A DNA stretch of 64,000 nt, taken from the NCBI GenBank assembly GCA_049971805.1, contig JBMFKU010000004.1:1-64000 (forward strand), written 5' to 3'. Both the position numbers and the translations under genes were made by a program. This DNA is from Caldisphaera sp. Lineage in GTDB: Archaea; Thermoproteota; Thermoprotei_A; Sulfolobales; Acidilobaceae. Under the pieces are notes generated by a model. It ran no database searches. It saw only the letters and a program-made list of their open reading frames with translations, and had not been told where the DNA came from. Positions 20,142 to 31,093 of this stretch are shown piece after piece (positions within the stretch are counted from its first letter, which is position 1; each line of letters starts with the position of its first letter).

Positions 20142-20759
20142 TTACTTCTTTATTCTGCTTGTTACAAAGTCTTCATAAGTAAAGTCAGGTTCTTGCCCTG
20201 GTGCTAACAAACCTTTATTTTTCATAATTTCTCTAGTCAAAAGCCAATAAACCAAAGCCAAGCTCCTTCTTCCTTTATTGTTTGCCGGTATTATAAAATC
20301 AACATCTTCTATTTTGTTGTCGGTATCTGCTAACGCAACTACTGGTATGCCTATTTTAGAAGCCTCGACTAAGGCTTGCTTATCAGTTCTTGTATCTGTT
20401 ATAATTACAACGTCAGGTTCTGTATAGCTCTCAAGCTTTGGATTAGTAAATATTCCTGGAATTACTCTTCCAGTTATCGCTTTACAGCCAAGCCTATCGC
20501 ACATCATAGCTATTGGTCTTTGGCCATAGATCCTAGTAGAAACTACTGCTATTTTCTTGGTATCGAAAGTAGAAAGAAATCTTCCTGCTATTTTAATTCT
20601 CTCATCAATTTTATTAACATCTAATAAATAAAAACCATCAGGTAATATCTTATAAACAAATTGTCTCATATATTTCGTACAAATTTGAGTTCCAAAAATT
20701 ACTCCTGCTTTTTTATAGGTATCCGAAGAAATTAATAACTGAGATTCTTCTGCGCTCAC
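20142..20759 (-). CDS. rps2: 30S ribosomal protein S2
   Basis: GRVIPGIFTN, IPANNKGRRSL. Confidence 0.95.
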   Translation of the reverse strand: MSAEESQLLISSDTYKKAGVIFGTQICTKYMRQFVYKILPDGFYLLDVNKIDERIKIAGRFLSTFDTKKIAVVSTRIYGQRPIAMMCDRLGCKAITGRVIPGIFTNPKLESYTEPDVVIITDTRTDKQALVEASKIGIPVVALADTDNKIEDVDFIIPANNKGRRSLALVYWLLTREIMKNKGLLAPGQEPDFTYEDFVTSRIKK

Positions 20760-20995
20760 GCATTTGCACCTCTTTCTAGTTCCTTTAGTCTTGCAACTCT
20801 AAGTGTGCTATATTTTGATATTTGTTCTATATATGCTATGCTTGTATATAAGGTTCTTCTGCAACAATATCTTTTAACACCTAGATCGTCAAGTACTTTT
20901 TCAGGATCTTCTCCGGCTTCAACTCTAGTTTTGAAGGGTTCATATAAATGCCCTAAAGGGGCTCCACAAGTCAAGCATCTTATAGGAGGTAACAT
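20756..20995 (-). CDS. rpoN: RNA polymerase subunit N (Rpo10)
   Basis: MLPPIRCLTCG..LGVKRYCCRR; start corrected to ATG 20995. Confidence 0.95.
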   Translation of the reverse strand: MLPPIRCLTCGAPLGHLYEPFKTRVEAGEDPEKVLDDLGVKRYCCRRTLYTSIAYIEQISKYSTLRVARLKELERGANA

Positions 20996-21002
20996 TTTAT
21001 TT

Positions 21003-21458
21003 TCACCTATACGAAGTCTGCCATCCTCTTCTTGCACCATATCTCATATATTTCTCTGGTTCAGTTCTTCTATAATCGCCAGATAGCATTGATCTGTCAT
21101 ATTCTTCAAAAATTTGTTTAATTCTTTCTGATATTAGGTTTTTCCTTTTGCACTCTTCACTGGAATCATTGCATTTAAAGAATGTAACTAAACCCCTTGC
21201 TACAGCAGTTCTAATGGCACTTGCTTGCCCCATTACTCCTCCTCCATTAACTCTAACATCAATATCAAGTATATTTCTTATTTCATTTCCCACTAGCAAT
21301 ACTGGTTCTAATACTTTGATCCTAGCCATTACATTTGGTATTAATTCTGCTGGAACACTATTGATTCTGAATTTTCCATTACCTGGTTTTATTATTGCAG
21401 TAGCAACAGCCTTCTTTCTCTTTCCAGTCGAAACTATTATATTTTGGTTATTGCTCAA
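21003..21458 (-). CDS. rps9: 30S ribosomal protein S9
   Basis: GKRKKAVA, GGGVMGQA, QTSYR C-terminus. Confidence 0.95.
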   Translation of the reverse strand: MSNNQNIIVSTGKRKKAVATAIIKPGNGKFRINSVPAELIPNVMARIKVLEPVLLVGNEIRNILDIDVRVNGGGVMGQASAIRTAVARGLVTFFKCNDSSEECKRKNLISERIKQIFEEYDRSMLSGDYRRTEPEKYMRYGARRGWQTSYR

Positions 21459-21897
21459 TCATGCTCACCTTCCAACCTAATTGCTCAGCTATTACATTTA
21501 ATGTAGTGTATTTCCTCCCTAATTTATCTGCACTTATTTCTTGTAGTTTTATAGCTTGCTTATTTTTATATTTGTTAGGAATTCCTACAAATACCGTTAA
21601 TCTTTTTAAGGCATCTTCTCCTTTCTTATTGTTTTTAGGCAACATACCTGCAACAGTTTTTTTAAATAATCTTGTAGGAGATCTAGCTCTTTTTGGTCTC
21701 CATTTATGGGAATAGTGACTTTTAACATTTAATATAGTGTCTTTATAAAATTGAATTAGTTTGCTAGGCTCTCCGCTTACAACTATCTTTTCTGAATTTA
21801 TTACTACAACTCTTTTCCCTTCTAATAGTATTTTAGCTACATTACTGGCCAATCTACCTAAGATGGTATTGCTTCCATCTATTACAATTTCTTCCAT
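21448..21897 (-). CDS. rpl13: 50S ribosomal protein L13
   Basis: ILGRLASNVAK, GMLP. Confidence 0.95.
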   Translation of the reverse strand: MEEIVIDGSNTILGRLASNVAKILLEGKRVVVINSEKIVVSGEPSKLIQFYKDTILNVKSHYSHKWRPKRARSPTRLFKKTVAGMLPKNNKKGEDALKRLTVFVGIPNKYKNKQAIKLQEISADKLGRKYTTLNVIAEQLGWKVSMIEQ

Positions 21898-21907
21898 TTA
21901 AATCACC

Positions 21908-22267
21908 TTATATGATTATCTTAACATTTTTACCTTCCGGATTTTCTTTGATAGCCTCTACTAAGGTAATACCAGTACTGTCAGAGGATCTTATTTTTTC
22001 AAGAGCTTCTTCTGAAAAGGAGAATGCAGCTATAGTAATTTTTTTAGTTATTTTTCCATTGCCCAAAACTTTACCAGGTACAATTACCATATCACCTTCT
22101 TTTGCTAGTTTATTTATTTTATTTAGATTTACAGTAACTCTTCTTCTTGCAGGTCTTGACAAGATTTTTGCTGCATAAAGCCAAACTTTAGATTTGGTTT
22201 TACTATATTGCATTTTAAGTGCCTTATCTACATTTATTAATACATCATTTGTAATACCTTTACTCAT
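21908..22267 (-). CDS. rpl18e: 50S ribosomal protein L18e
   Basis: VNLNKIN, VPGKVLG, AAFSFS. Confidence 0.95.
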   Translation of the reverse strand: MSKGITNDVLINVDKALKMQYSKTKSKVWLYAAKILSRPARRRVTVNLNKINKLAKEGDMVIVPGKVLGNGKITKKITIAAFSFSEEALEKIRSSDSTGITLVEAIKENPEGKNVKIII

Positions 22268-23111
22268 ACTTCTTCACCTCTAGTTTCTCTAGCTTCTGTA
22301 ACAGCGCGTCCGCCCTCCTATCAAGGCTTTTAGAGGCTTCTAAAATTATTTGTTGCGGTTCTAGGGATCCATTGGATTCTACTGTTAATAACAATCTGTT
22401 GCTATCATATCTAACCTTTATTATGCCTTTGCAAGCACTATCTTCACAATATCTTAACCCACTTGTGTTTATATTTGTTTTATAGTCTATTGATTTATTT
22501 TCTTTTGCCTTTAAGGCGTCTGCTACTTCTTTATAAGCCGATACGCACTCTATGCACTCATCATTAGACATGCTTCCGTTTACATCAACAGTTGTTACGT
22601 ATTGCAATATGGAAACAGAAGCAGGACTCCATTTTCCATGCTCTTTTCCTCTACCCAGTCTGGCAAATCCAACTAGGTGAATTCTTTGACCAGGTGCCAA
22701 ATAGATTATTGGTGTATCAGGGTAAGCTGGCTTAATATTTTCATCAGAAAACTTTAAATCGGAGGCTTTAATATAAATACCTGAAACATTATCTCCTTCC
22801 AGCTCTTTTTCGAGTGAGACTTGCACATAGCAAGATACATCTGTTTCATTTTTGTCCTTACATTCTTCTAACAATTTATATTTATGGATAGCTTCATCAG
22901 ATTTTAATACCAATAATCCTAGTCTGTGAGCTATTATTTCATCATAAATGCTTGTATCATTATCATAAAAATAAACATAATCTACAGCCATTGTAGGAAC
23001 ATCAGAAAGGGCCAGTCTTCTCAAAGCATTTCCAAATGATATTGGAAATCCTTCTAAATAAATAGTGATCCTGTTGCTATTAGCTTCAATGATGTCGAGA
23101 TTCCTTTCCAT
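22260..23111 (-). CDS. rpoD: RNA polymerase subunit D (Rpo3)
   Basis: [26 protein letters not shown]. Confidence 0.95.
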   Translation of the reverse strand: MERNLDIIEANSNRITIYLEGFPISFGNALRRLALSDVPTMAVDYVYFYDNDTSIYDEIIAHRLGLLVLKSDEAIHKYKLLEECKDKNETDVSCYVQVSLEKELEGDNVSGIYIKASDLKFSDENIKPAYPDTPIIYLAPGQRIHLVGFARLGRGKEHGKWSPASVSILQYVTTVDVNGSMSNDECIECVSAYKEVADALKAKENKSIDYKTNINTSGLRYCEDSACKGIIKVRYDSNRLLLTVESNGSLEPQQIILEASKSLDRRADALLQKLEKLEVKKYE

Positions 23112-23195
23112 ATACTATACCCCTCATATTTGTTTCACTGCAAAAATAAAATAGAATACCTAACTAATTAAATTTATATTAAAAATTAATAAAGA

Positions 23196-23591
23196 TTAGA
23201 CTCTGCGTCCTCTTCTTCCTCCAGGTCTTCTTGTTGTATCATGTGGTATTGGTGTAACATCTTCTATACGACCTATAACAAATCCTGCTCTGGCTAGTGC
23301 TCTAATAGCAGATTGTGCTCCAGGACCAGGAGTTTTCGGTCCATGACCCCCTGGAGCTCTAACCTTTATATGAATAGCTGTTATACCTCTATCCATAGAG
23401 GTTTGAGCAACTCTAATAGCTGCTATCATTGCAGCATAAGGTGATGGTTTTTCTCTATCTGCTTTTACCACCATACCACCAGAGACCTTTGATGAAGTTT
23501 CTGCTCCACTAATATCAGTAATATGAATTACTGTATTATTAAAGCTGCTATAAATATGAGCTACACCCCACTTTAGTTCTCTAAAAGCCAT
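23196..23591 (-). CDS. rps11: 30S ribosomal protein S11
   Basis: [22 protein letters not shown]. Confidence 0.97.
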   Translation of the reverse strand: MAFRELKWGVAHIYSSFNNTVIHITDISGAETSSKVSGGMVVKADREKPSPYAAMIAAIRVAQTSMDRGITAIHIKVRAPGGHGPKTPGPGAQSAIRALARAGFVIGRIEDVTPIPHDTTRRPGGRRGRRV

Positions 23592-24139
23592 TAAGACTCA
23601 CCTTCTTTCTCTGCCACTGATGAGGAACCACTTTCAGTTACTTTTTCCATAATTTCTTTGATAGAGCTTCCAACGGTATATGATATTTTATCTTCCTCAT
23701 CTCTTGATATTAAATATCCAGGACTTGTAACCCTTTTACCGTTAATCGATATATGGCCATGAGAAATAAATTGTCTGGCTTGATATATGGTGTTGGCCAA
23801 ACCTTTCTTTAATACAATTGTTTGCAATCTTCTTTCTAAGACATTTTCTGAAGTTAAACCCAAAATATCATCTAAGGACGCATCTTTATTTACCAAACCT
23901 AATTTAAATAACCTATCTAAAAGGCTTTTACCCACCTCAGATCTTTGCGGTTCTGGCAATGCTAATAATGTTCTTGCCTGATGTCTTATTTTTCTTATTA
24001 ATGTTTCAGCAGTCCAAAGCTCTTTTTTATTTCTTAGACCATATTTTCCAATTATTTTCATTTCAGTTTCTAGTCTTTGCTTAATCCAGGGATGACCTGG
24101 GCCTTCCCATCTCTTTCTACTACTTCTGGGATCCCCCAC
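23591..24139 (-). CDS. rps4: 30S ribosomal protein S4
   Basis: [31 protein letters not shown]. Confidence 0.97.
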   Translation of the reverse strand: MGDPRSSRKRWEGPGHPWIKQRLETEMKIIGKYGLRNKKELWTAETLIRKIRHQARTLLALPEPQRSEVGKSLLDRLFKLGLVNKDASLDDILGLTSENVLERRLQTIVLKKGLANTIYQARQFISHGHISINGKRVTSPGYLISRDEEDKISYTVGSSIKEIMEKVTESGSSSVAEKEGES

Positions 24140-24611
24140 TTGTTTCCACCTTTTCTTTTCTAACTCCTATTGTCATACCTAGTCTTCCCGTTGTATGTGT
24201 TTTTTGCCCTCTTACTTTTAGTCCTAGTTTATGTCTTGAGCCTCTCCATGAATTTATTTTCTCTTCTCTTTCAACATCACGTCTTGCTGCAAATATTAGT
24301 TCTGCTCCAATTAAGTGCTTATCATTGCCTGTTTCGTAATCCTTTCTCCTATTATACATCCATGAAGGTAATTTTAATTTGGTTAAATCGCTAATAACTT
24401 CTTCTAATTGTTTTAATTCTTCATTGTTTAGATAACCAATACGCTTATTTGGATCGATTCCAAGATGTCTTACTATTGCAAGTGCTGTAGAGAATCCTAT
24501 GCCTTTAACCTTACTAAGACCATAAATGATATTCATCTTTCCATCTATGTCGGTTTCTGATATTCTTATTATGTATTTAAATGATTCCTCTTTGCTTTCT
24601 TTTGCAGGCAT
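24120..24611 (-). CDS. rps13: 30S ribosomal protein S13
   Basis: [19 protein letters not shown]. Confidence 0.97.
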   Translation of the reverse strand: MPAKESKEESFKYIIRISETDIDGKMNIIYGLSKVKGIGFSTALAIVRHLGIDPNKRIGYLNNEELKQLEEVISDLTKLKLPSWMYNRRKDYETGNDKHLIGAELIFAARRDVEREEKINSWRGSRHKLGLKVRGQKTHTTGRLGMTIGVRKEKVETSGGSQK

Positions 24612-24652
24612 TCACCATTCCCCCTTGATGTTAATTGTTAAAGGTTAATAGG

Positions 24653-25036
24653 TTATGCTCCAGCCTTTGCTCTTAATTCTTTAATTTTATCAACAATTTT
24701 CTTTATATCGTTTTCTGCTTCACCACTTTCTACAATAGCAACACTTGCTGCTCCTACTTCAATTCCAACAGATTCTCCTAGTTTCTTTTTGCTAGGTACA
24801 TAGATAAATGGTATCTTTTTGCTGTCGCATAATAATGGTAAATATGCAACAATTTCTGGTGGATCGACATCTGTTGCTATAACCACTAGCTTAGCATTAC
24901 CTCTTTCGATGGCTTTAGTTGTTTCATTTGTTCCTTTCTTAACTTTACCACTTCCCTTTGCCTTACTAACAACTTTATATATTTCCTCAGCTAAATCCTC
25001 AGGTACATCAAATAGCACGAAATCTGGTTTTGACAC
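24653..25036 (-). CDS. rpl7ae: 50S ribosomal protein L7Ae
   Basis: [22 protein letters not shown]. Confidence 0.97.
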   Translation of the reverse strand: MSKPDFVLFDVPEDLAEEIYKVVSKAKGSGKVKKGTNETTKAIERGNAKLVVIATDVDPPEIVAYLPLLCDSKKIPFIYVPSKKKLGESVGIEVGAASVAIVESGEAENDIKKIVDKIKELRAKAGA

Positions 25037-25070
25037 TATTCATCCTCCTCCCCTATCTGGGTCGTCTCAC
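25037..25070 (-). promoter_or_regulatory. Candidate kink-turn autoregulatory 5' UTR of rpl7ae
   Basis: GUGAGACGACCCAGAUAGGGGAGGAGGAUGAAUA: CCC/GGG hairpin with flanking GA motifs overlapping the SD; L7Ae UTR K-turns are known in archaea. Confidence 0.45.
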
Positions 25071-25134
25071 AAAAGTAAGTAACTGAATAATTTTTAAATA
25101 TAACGTATCTTAACTAATAATATAGAGAGATAGG

Positions 25135-25677
25135 GTGAATTATATGTGTTTAAGTAATTTAAATGCTGGGGAAAAGGCTCCAGAAATTGTTAACATGTTT
25201 ATTGAAATTCCAATGAATAGCTCAGTAAAATACGAACTTGATGAAAAAAGTTGTTTGGTTAAAGTTGACAGATTTTTGTACACAAGCATGGCATATCCTT
25301 TTAATTACGGTTTTATTCCGGGCACAAAATCCGAGGATGGCGATCCAATAGATTTGTTGTTAATAAGTAGAGAACCAATAATGCCTGGAACAATTATTGA
25401 AGCAAAGCCTATAGGTATTTTGCTTATGCAAGATGAAGAAGGACCTGATAGCAAAATAATCGCGGTGCCAAAGGAGAAGTTAGATCCAATTTATGGTTCA
25501 TGGTCTGATGTAAAAGACATACCAGAATTTCTTAAGAAAAAGATATCGCACTTCTTTGAGCATTATAAAGAGTTAGAACCTAATAAATGGGTAAAAGTAA
25601 CTGGTTGGGAAGGTAGCAATAGAGCTAAAGAAGAGATATTGGTAGCAATAAAGAGAGCTAAAGAAGAGAATAAATAA
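25135..25677 (+). CDS. ppa: Inorganic pyrophosphatase (family I)
   Basis: [24 protein letters not shown]. Confidence 0.95.
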   Translation: MNYMCLSNLNAGEKAPEIVNMFIEIPMNSSVKYELDEKSCLVKVDRFLYTSMAYPFNYGFIPGTKSEDGDPIDLLLISREPIMPGTIIEAKPIGILLMQDEEGPDSKIIAVPKEKLDPIYGSWSDVKDIPEFLKKKISHFFEHYKELEPNKWVKVTGWEGSNRAKEEILVAIKRAKEENK

Positions 25678-25753
25678 AATTTATTGAGATTAATCAGTTG
25701 GCATATTAACAAACATATAGGGCAAATGATTAGAATAATTTAATAAATTTAGC

Positions 25754-27049
25754 TTAGTTTATGGCGATAACTATTATATTATTTAAATTTGATCCTGTTT
25801 GACCAGTTTTTATTAATGCATTAATTCTATCTAAAACATAATAGCTATTGTTGTTGTTTAATTCCTTTACTGCATTGACGCCAAGCTCTTTAATTCTATC
25901 TAGATCTTGACTTGAAATTATGGCTCCAGCACAATCTGTCGGGCCATCAATTCCATCTGTTGCAAATGCCAATAAACTAGCATTTTTTTCTTTAGGTATT
26001 TGCCAATAATTTATTTTAATTCCCCATGCTAAAGCTAGTTCTAGATTTCTGCCCCCCTTTCCATTACCTTTTACTGTAACAGAAGTTTCACCTCCTAAAA
26101 TTAACGCTAAAGGTGGTTTGACAGGAATATTTTTGTTAATTACATCTAAAGTAATTGATGCTAGAGCATATCCTACTTCTCTTGACTCTCCTTCAAGCCT
26201 GCTTGTTAATATGATGGTCTTATATCCTTTTTTCTTTAATTTTGCAGAAACAGCTTTTAGTATTTTTTCATTGGTAGCTATTATTTTATTATTTACTTTC
26301 TTTAATTTTATATCTCCAGGTTTTGGTGTATCCTTAATACTTCCTTTAACCCCTTCATATAATATTTTTATAATATTTTTAGGAATTACATCTTTTAGGT
26401 TGTTATTATTGATTATTTTTAGTGCATCTTCAAAGGTTGTTGGATCAGGTACAGTAGGACCTGATGCTATTTGATCTATAGAATCACCCGGTACATCGCT
26501 AGCATAGAATCCATAGATATTTGAAGGATAAGCATATTCAGCAAGCCTACCACCTTTTATTTGGGAAACATGTTTTCTTATAGTATTTATTTCAGATATA
26601 TTTAGTCCAGAATTTAGCAAGGTCTTATTTAATTCTATTATGTCATCTAAGGTAATTCCTTCTAATGGTTTTTCTACGAGTGCAGATCCTCCTCCTGATA
26701 CTAAAAAAATCACTGATTCTTTAGTGGATGAAGCCTTTGACCATTCTATTACAGCTTCACCTGCTTTAATACTGTTTTGATCTGGTATAGGATGGCTTGA
26801 TTCTATAATCTCTAAAGAATTTAGCTTTGGCCTTTTTGAACCTTTAGGAATAACAATAACACCCCCTTGTATTTTATTATCTAGTATTTCTATAGCCCCA
26901 TTTGCCATAGAAATGGCCCCTTTACCAAAAGCTATTAGTATAGTATTTTTTTTCTTAATTTTTTTCAAATGATATTTAACAGGAATAGAAAGATCAGATT
27001 CTTTTATTATTGTATCTATTAACTCGTTTAAATCATATTTTGAATTCAT
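25754..27049 (-). CDS. Glycerate 2-kinase (MOFRL family)
   Basis: SGGGSAL, RKHVSQIKGGRLA, IASGPT, GGET, GGRN, TDGIDG. Confidence 0.92.
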   Translation of the reverse strand: MNSKYDLNELIDTIIKESDLSIPVKYHLKKIKKKNTILIAFGKGAISMANGAIEILDNKIQGGVIVIPKGSKRPKLNSLEIIESSHPIPDQNSIKAGEAVIEWSKASSTKESVIFLVSGGGSALVEKPLEGITLDDIIELNKTLLNSGLNISEINTIRKHVSQIKGGRLAEYAYPSNIYGFYASDVPGDSIDQIASGPTVPDPTTFEDALKIINNNNLKDVIPKNIIKILYEGVKGSIKDTPKPGDIKLKKVNNKIIATNEKILKAVSAKLKKKGYKTIILTSRLEGESREVGYALASITLDVINKNIPVKPPLALILGGETSVTVKGNGKGGRNLELALAWGIKINYWQIPKEKNASLLAFATDGIDGPTDCAGAIISSQDLDRIKELGVNAVKELNNNNSYYVLDRINALIKTGQTGSNLNNIIVIAIN

Positions 27050-27231
27050 TTTAGCACCATTAATCTATTAAAAATATTAAAGTTAAAGGTTTATTTGCCT
27101 TATATTAATGATGCTTAGTTTCTCATGACAAAATAAAGACAAACCTGCCGTTTAAGCAAGTAAAGCCTTTAAGTCATTTAAGATAAAATAAATGAAAGCT
27201 AGCCATCAAATAGTATATTTTACCGATAGAT

Positions 27232-27400
27232 TAGTAGGGGTCGGACTTTCATAGGGCTTCATGGTATTTTATATCAACCCTTATCCTCATACCCCTATTC
27301 CTCTCCCCCATGCCGTCTATGGGGCTGACTCCCCTCGATGACATAGGGAGTTTCATTGAACCCATCTCCACCTCACATTGCTCATCGGCTTCATTATGAC
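27232..27400 (-). mobile_element. Decayed tnpB 3' end/right-end-like remnant (IS607/IS605 type)
   Basis: GC-rich non-coding island ending ccatgaagccctatgaaagtccgacccctac on the minus strand, with short repeated motifs like IS607 ends. Confidence 0.45.
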
Positions 27401-27638
27401 ACTCTTTAATTTATTTTTATCAGTAAAGTTTATAAGTAATGCTGTTAAGAAAGGATTAGAAACAATAAAATGATATCAAATAATATAAACTTCATGACCT
27501 ATTGAAAACTATTGACAAATGCCATACCCCTTAGCAAGGATAAAGGATTTCTTCCTTTAGTTAACTCAATATGGATTCTAAAAGGATCTAATTCTACAAT
27601 ACCTAAAAGACATTAATATAAGAGTAGCATCTAAGAAT

Positions 27639-27689
27639 GTAACCATCAAGATCTCGGGAATTTCGCCCTTCATGGTGTTGGAGGTTCAG
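27639..27689 (+). mobile_element. Degenerate IS200/IS605-type right-end copy A
   Basis: gtaaccatcaagatctcgggaatttcgcccttcatggtgttggaggttcag, homologous to 28564-28616. Confidence 0.55.
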
Positions 27690-27861
27690 TAGTTAGATTA
27701 ATAAAATAACTAGTTTCCTTTCTGCTATAAAGGATAGCTTATTATAATTAAATATCAACCCTCATAATAATTTTATTAAATTTTAAGATGATTTCCCAAA
27801 CTTTGGATTGTAAAAATATTATTAACCTCTCTTATTTCTTGATATCATTGGTGGTTTAAGA

Positions 27862-28305
27862 GTGGCTACTCAAGTAAAGAAATACTTAGTTAAAGATGTG
27901 ATGAGAACTCCAATAGTAACTGTTTTACCTACAAAGCTAGTCAGCGAAGTAGCAAAAACTATGATAGATAAGGATGTTGGGTCAATATTGGTCGTTAATG
28001 AAGATAACAGTTTATTAGGTATAGTGACAAAAACCGATATAGTTAGAGATGTTGTTGCAAAGGGTATTGTGCCTTCATCAATAACAGTTGGTCAAATTAT
28101 GTCAAAGAATCCATATTATGCATTTGATGATACACCATTAGAAGAAGCAGCTAGATTAATGGGAAGTAAGAGCGTTGGCCATTTGCCAATATTAGATTCA
28201 AAAAGCTTAAAACCCATTGGTATAATCTCAAAAAGAGATATATTAAAATTAGCACCACATTATATTGACCTAGTTTATCAGCTGGAAGCAGAGAAGAAAT
28301 TTTAA
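27862..28305 (+). CDS. CBS-domain pair protein
   Basis: VKDVM, GIVTKTDI, HLPI, GIISKRDI. Confidence 0.9.
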   Translation: MATQVKKYLVKDVMRTPIVTVLPTKLVSEVAKTMIDKDVGSILVVNEDNSLLGIVTKTDIVRDVVAKGIVPSSITVGQIMSKNPYYAFDDTPLEEAARLMGSKSVGHLPILDSKSLKPIGIISKRDILKLAPHYIDLVYQLEAEKKF

Positions 28306-28449
28306 TTATATATAAAATTTCTGGAAGAATAATATATTTAAATATTTAAAGAAATTTTAAAAACAAATTATAACAAAAGTCAAAAAATTGCCATTGATGA
28401 TAGAATAGAGCTTTTAAGGTTTGTTTTAAATAAAATCATAGGAATAATT

Positions 28450-28616
28450 ATGCTTCCCTCAGGTCAACTTTATAAGTATGAGAGCAGGAGTTGATCATTA
28501 CTCCCGCAATGTCTGAAGGAGGCATCTTAGAAGTAAAGCTTGAAGTAGCTTCCATAAAGAGGAGTAACCCTCAAGACCTCGGGAACTAAAGCTCTTCATG
28601 GTGTTGAGTAGGTCGG
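28450..28616 (+). mobile_element. Structured non-autonomous IS200/IS605-like element, right-end copy B
   Basis: Nested stems atgcttccctcag/ctgaaggaggcat and gcaggagt/actcccgc, followed by gtaaccctcaagacctcgggaactaaagctcttcatggtgttgagtaggtcgg. Confidence 0.55.
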
Positions 28617-29083
28617 AGTAACTTAGCTTCACTTATTATTCTTCTTATATTTTTCCAATGACTCCCTTCCCAATAAATTTGACCACATGAATTACACAAA
28701 TAGAAAACATCATGATTTTTCAATGCTGCAGGTGGAACTCTACTTTTAATTACATTTTTGTCAGTTATTTTTACTAATTTTCCATTGCATTCTGGACATC
28801 TGCTTTTTTCTGGATTTACATCTAATTCAATAATTTTTTTAACATATAGATCTGCTAATATCTGTGCTGGTTTTAATGAATCTATAAAAATAACATCTAG
28901 GTTGAGCTTTTTCGCTTTATAATATAATCCTTTATCACCTGTTAATATAGTTCTTCTTGATTTTTTAGCTATATCTATAATTTGATTATCGCTATAATCT
29001 CTAGAGTATAACACGTCATAACCTAGAATCCTTAGCCATTTTGTTAATTTCCCCAACATAGCATCTGTTATATATTTAGTCAA
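28586..29083 (-). CDS. Mut7-C RNase domain (PIN-like + Zn ribbon) protein
   Basis: DAMLGKLTKWLRILGYD, SRCPECNG, CNSCGQIYWEGSHW. Confidence 0.92.
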   Translation of the reverse strand: MTKYITDAMLGKLTKWLRILGYDVLYSRDYSDNQIIDIAKKSRRTILTGDKGLYYKAKKLNLDVIFIDSLKPAQILADLYVKKIIELDVNPEKSRCPECNGKLVKITDKNVIKSRVPPAALKNHDVFYLCNSCGQIYWEGSHWKNIRRIISEAKLLRPTQHHEEL

Positions 29084-29271
29084 TTCTAATTCCCCTAGTT
29101 TTAATAATGAAGAATAACAATAAGTTTATATGAACAATTTACTATATTTTAACTACAACAAAGCTACTAGGTAAGAGCCTTAATTAATATTAAGAAGATC
29201 ATACGTAAATATGTTTTTGGTATTAATGTATTATTGGGAAATATAATACGACAAAATTAAAATGAAGATTA

Positions 29272-31041
29272 TTGCTTAAAAGTTTAAATATTGCTAGATA
29301 TTTAATTAAAATTGCAAGGGCGAAATACTTGCTTATTATTAAAGATATGATATTAATTATAATTATAATAATATCAATATCATTATTATTAATGAGAAAG
29401 CTAAGGCACGATATAATTGGAGTAGCTACAATGGTTGCATTGGTTCTATTAGGGTATATATCGCCACAAAACGCATTAGATAATTTTGGTTCCATTACAA
29501 TTATAGTTTTTATATCAACTATGATAATAAGTGGGACTTTAGCTGATTCTGGATTGCTTGAAATATTAGGTAATATTTTGGCATCAAAGATAAAAAGCGA
29601 GAAAATTTTATTATTAGTACTGCTTTTTCTTATAGTTGTAGCATCAGGTTTTGTTAGTGATGTAGCATTAACTCTAGCATTTATGCCATTAATCTATTCA
29701 ATATCATCAAGACTAAATAAGCATTCATCAAAATATCTTCTGCCATTAGCTTATTCCGCTATACTTGGGGGAAGATACACATTAATTGGAACCTCATCGA
29801 ACATAATTATAGCTAATGAATGGTATAATAAATTTGGTACTCAATTAAATATATTACAGTTTGCTAAAATAGGTTTAATAGAATCATTTATTAGTGTAAT
29901 AATAATAATTTTAGTAATTGTACCAATAATAGGTAAAGGAGGCAGCGAAATTACTTCTTTGAAGCAAATATCAGTTTCTGATTATATAATAGAGGCTCAA
30001 ATAACTGGAGAAAGCAATTTTAAAGGAAAAAGCCTGAAAAGTGTGGAGAAAGCCTTAGGAGTTAAAGTAATTAGAGTGATTTCACCTTGGAGATTTATTG
30101 GATCATCAAGAAAACTTAAGGAAGGAGATATTTTAGTATTAAGGATTAGACCTGATCAACTACCATTATTGTTATCCTCTAAGGGGTTAAAGATAACAGA
30201 AAAGAGCGAACAAGAAAAACAGTTTTTTGAGTTGTTAATTACAAGTTCTTCTAAAATAATTAATAGAAGGATTAGTGAGCTACAATTAGAAGAGAGGTAT
30301 AATGTATCTATAATAGGAGTTGCGTCTGGAAGAAGTCTCTATAGAATTTCCGATTATACATTAAGTTCCGGTGATGTACTATTAGTTCAAGGAAAAGAAG
30401 AGGATGTAGCTAAACTAGCAAGTGTTTATACTCTTATGCCCCTAGCAGGAAAAGGACCTAAGCCTTTTGATAAAAGAAAAGCCATTATGGCTATCACAGG
30501 ATTAGGTTTAGCCATTGCTATAAGTTATCTTGGCATTAGCTTATCAATTTCATTTCTAACAGGCGCATTAATTTCTTCGCTTAGTGGGCTAAGCACTGTA
30601 AGGAAGCTCTATGACTACATAGAATGGCCTGCAGTTATATTTATAGGATCTTATTTAACTATAGGGGAAGTTATGGAATCAAGCGGTTTAACCGGAATAA
30701 TTGGATTGTTTATACATAATTCCCCTATAATTCTTTTCTTAGTTGCATTAATATTATCCAATACTATAGGATATGTAGCTACAGCAATAATTTTAGCACC
30801 TGTAGCTCTGTCCTTCCCAAATCCATTATTAGGGGCAACAATATTATCTATGAGCGTTTCTTCTCCATTTTTAACTCCGTTTGCCCATCAGGCAAATTTA
30901 ATAGTTTACAGCGCAGCTGGATATAAAATAAGAGATTATCTAATATCAGGTTCAATTATTATTGTAGTAATAATGTTTATTACATTTTATTATTTCCATT
31001 TGATTCCAATAGCTCAAATATATTTTAACCATTATTCATAG
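29272..31041 (+). CDS. SLC13/CitMHS-type permease with two TrkA-C domains
   Basis: ILGGRYTLIGTSSNII, central RCK_C repeats (GDILV, GDVLLV), TPFAHQAN; true start probably ATG 29347. Confidence 0.85.
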   Translation: MLKSLNIARYLIKIARAKYLLIIKDMILIIIIIISISLLLMRKLRHDIIGVATMVALVLLGYISPQNALDNFGSITIIVFISTMIISGTLADSGLLEILGNILASKIKSEKILLLVLLFLIVVASGFVSDVALTLAFMPLIYSISSRLNKHSSKYLLPLAYSAILGGRYTLIGTSSNIIIANEWYNKFGTQLNILQFAKIGLIESFISVIIIILVIVPIIGKGGSEITSLKQISVSDYIIEAQITGESNFKGKSLKSVEKALGVKVIRVISPWRFIGSSRKLKEGDILVLRIRPDQLPLLLSSKGLKITEKSEQEKQFFELLITSSSKIINRRISELQLEERYNVSIIGVASGRSLYRISDYTLSSGDVLLVQGKEEDVAKLASVYTLMPLAGKGPKPFDKRKAIMAITGLGLAIAISYLGISLSISFLTGALISSLSGLSTVRKLYDYIEWPAVIFIGSYLTIGEVMESSGLTGIIGLFIHNSPIILFLVALILSNTIGYVATAIILAPVALSFPNPLLGATILSMSVSSPFLTPFAHQANLIVYSAAGYKIRDYLISGSIIIVVIMFITFYYFHLIPIAQIYFNHYS

Positions 31042-31093
31042 AATTATTAAAACTATTAAAATTAATTTTAACAATATAAAAAATTGTTTGCTC

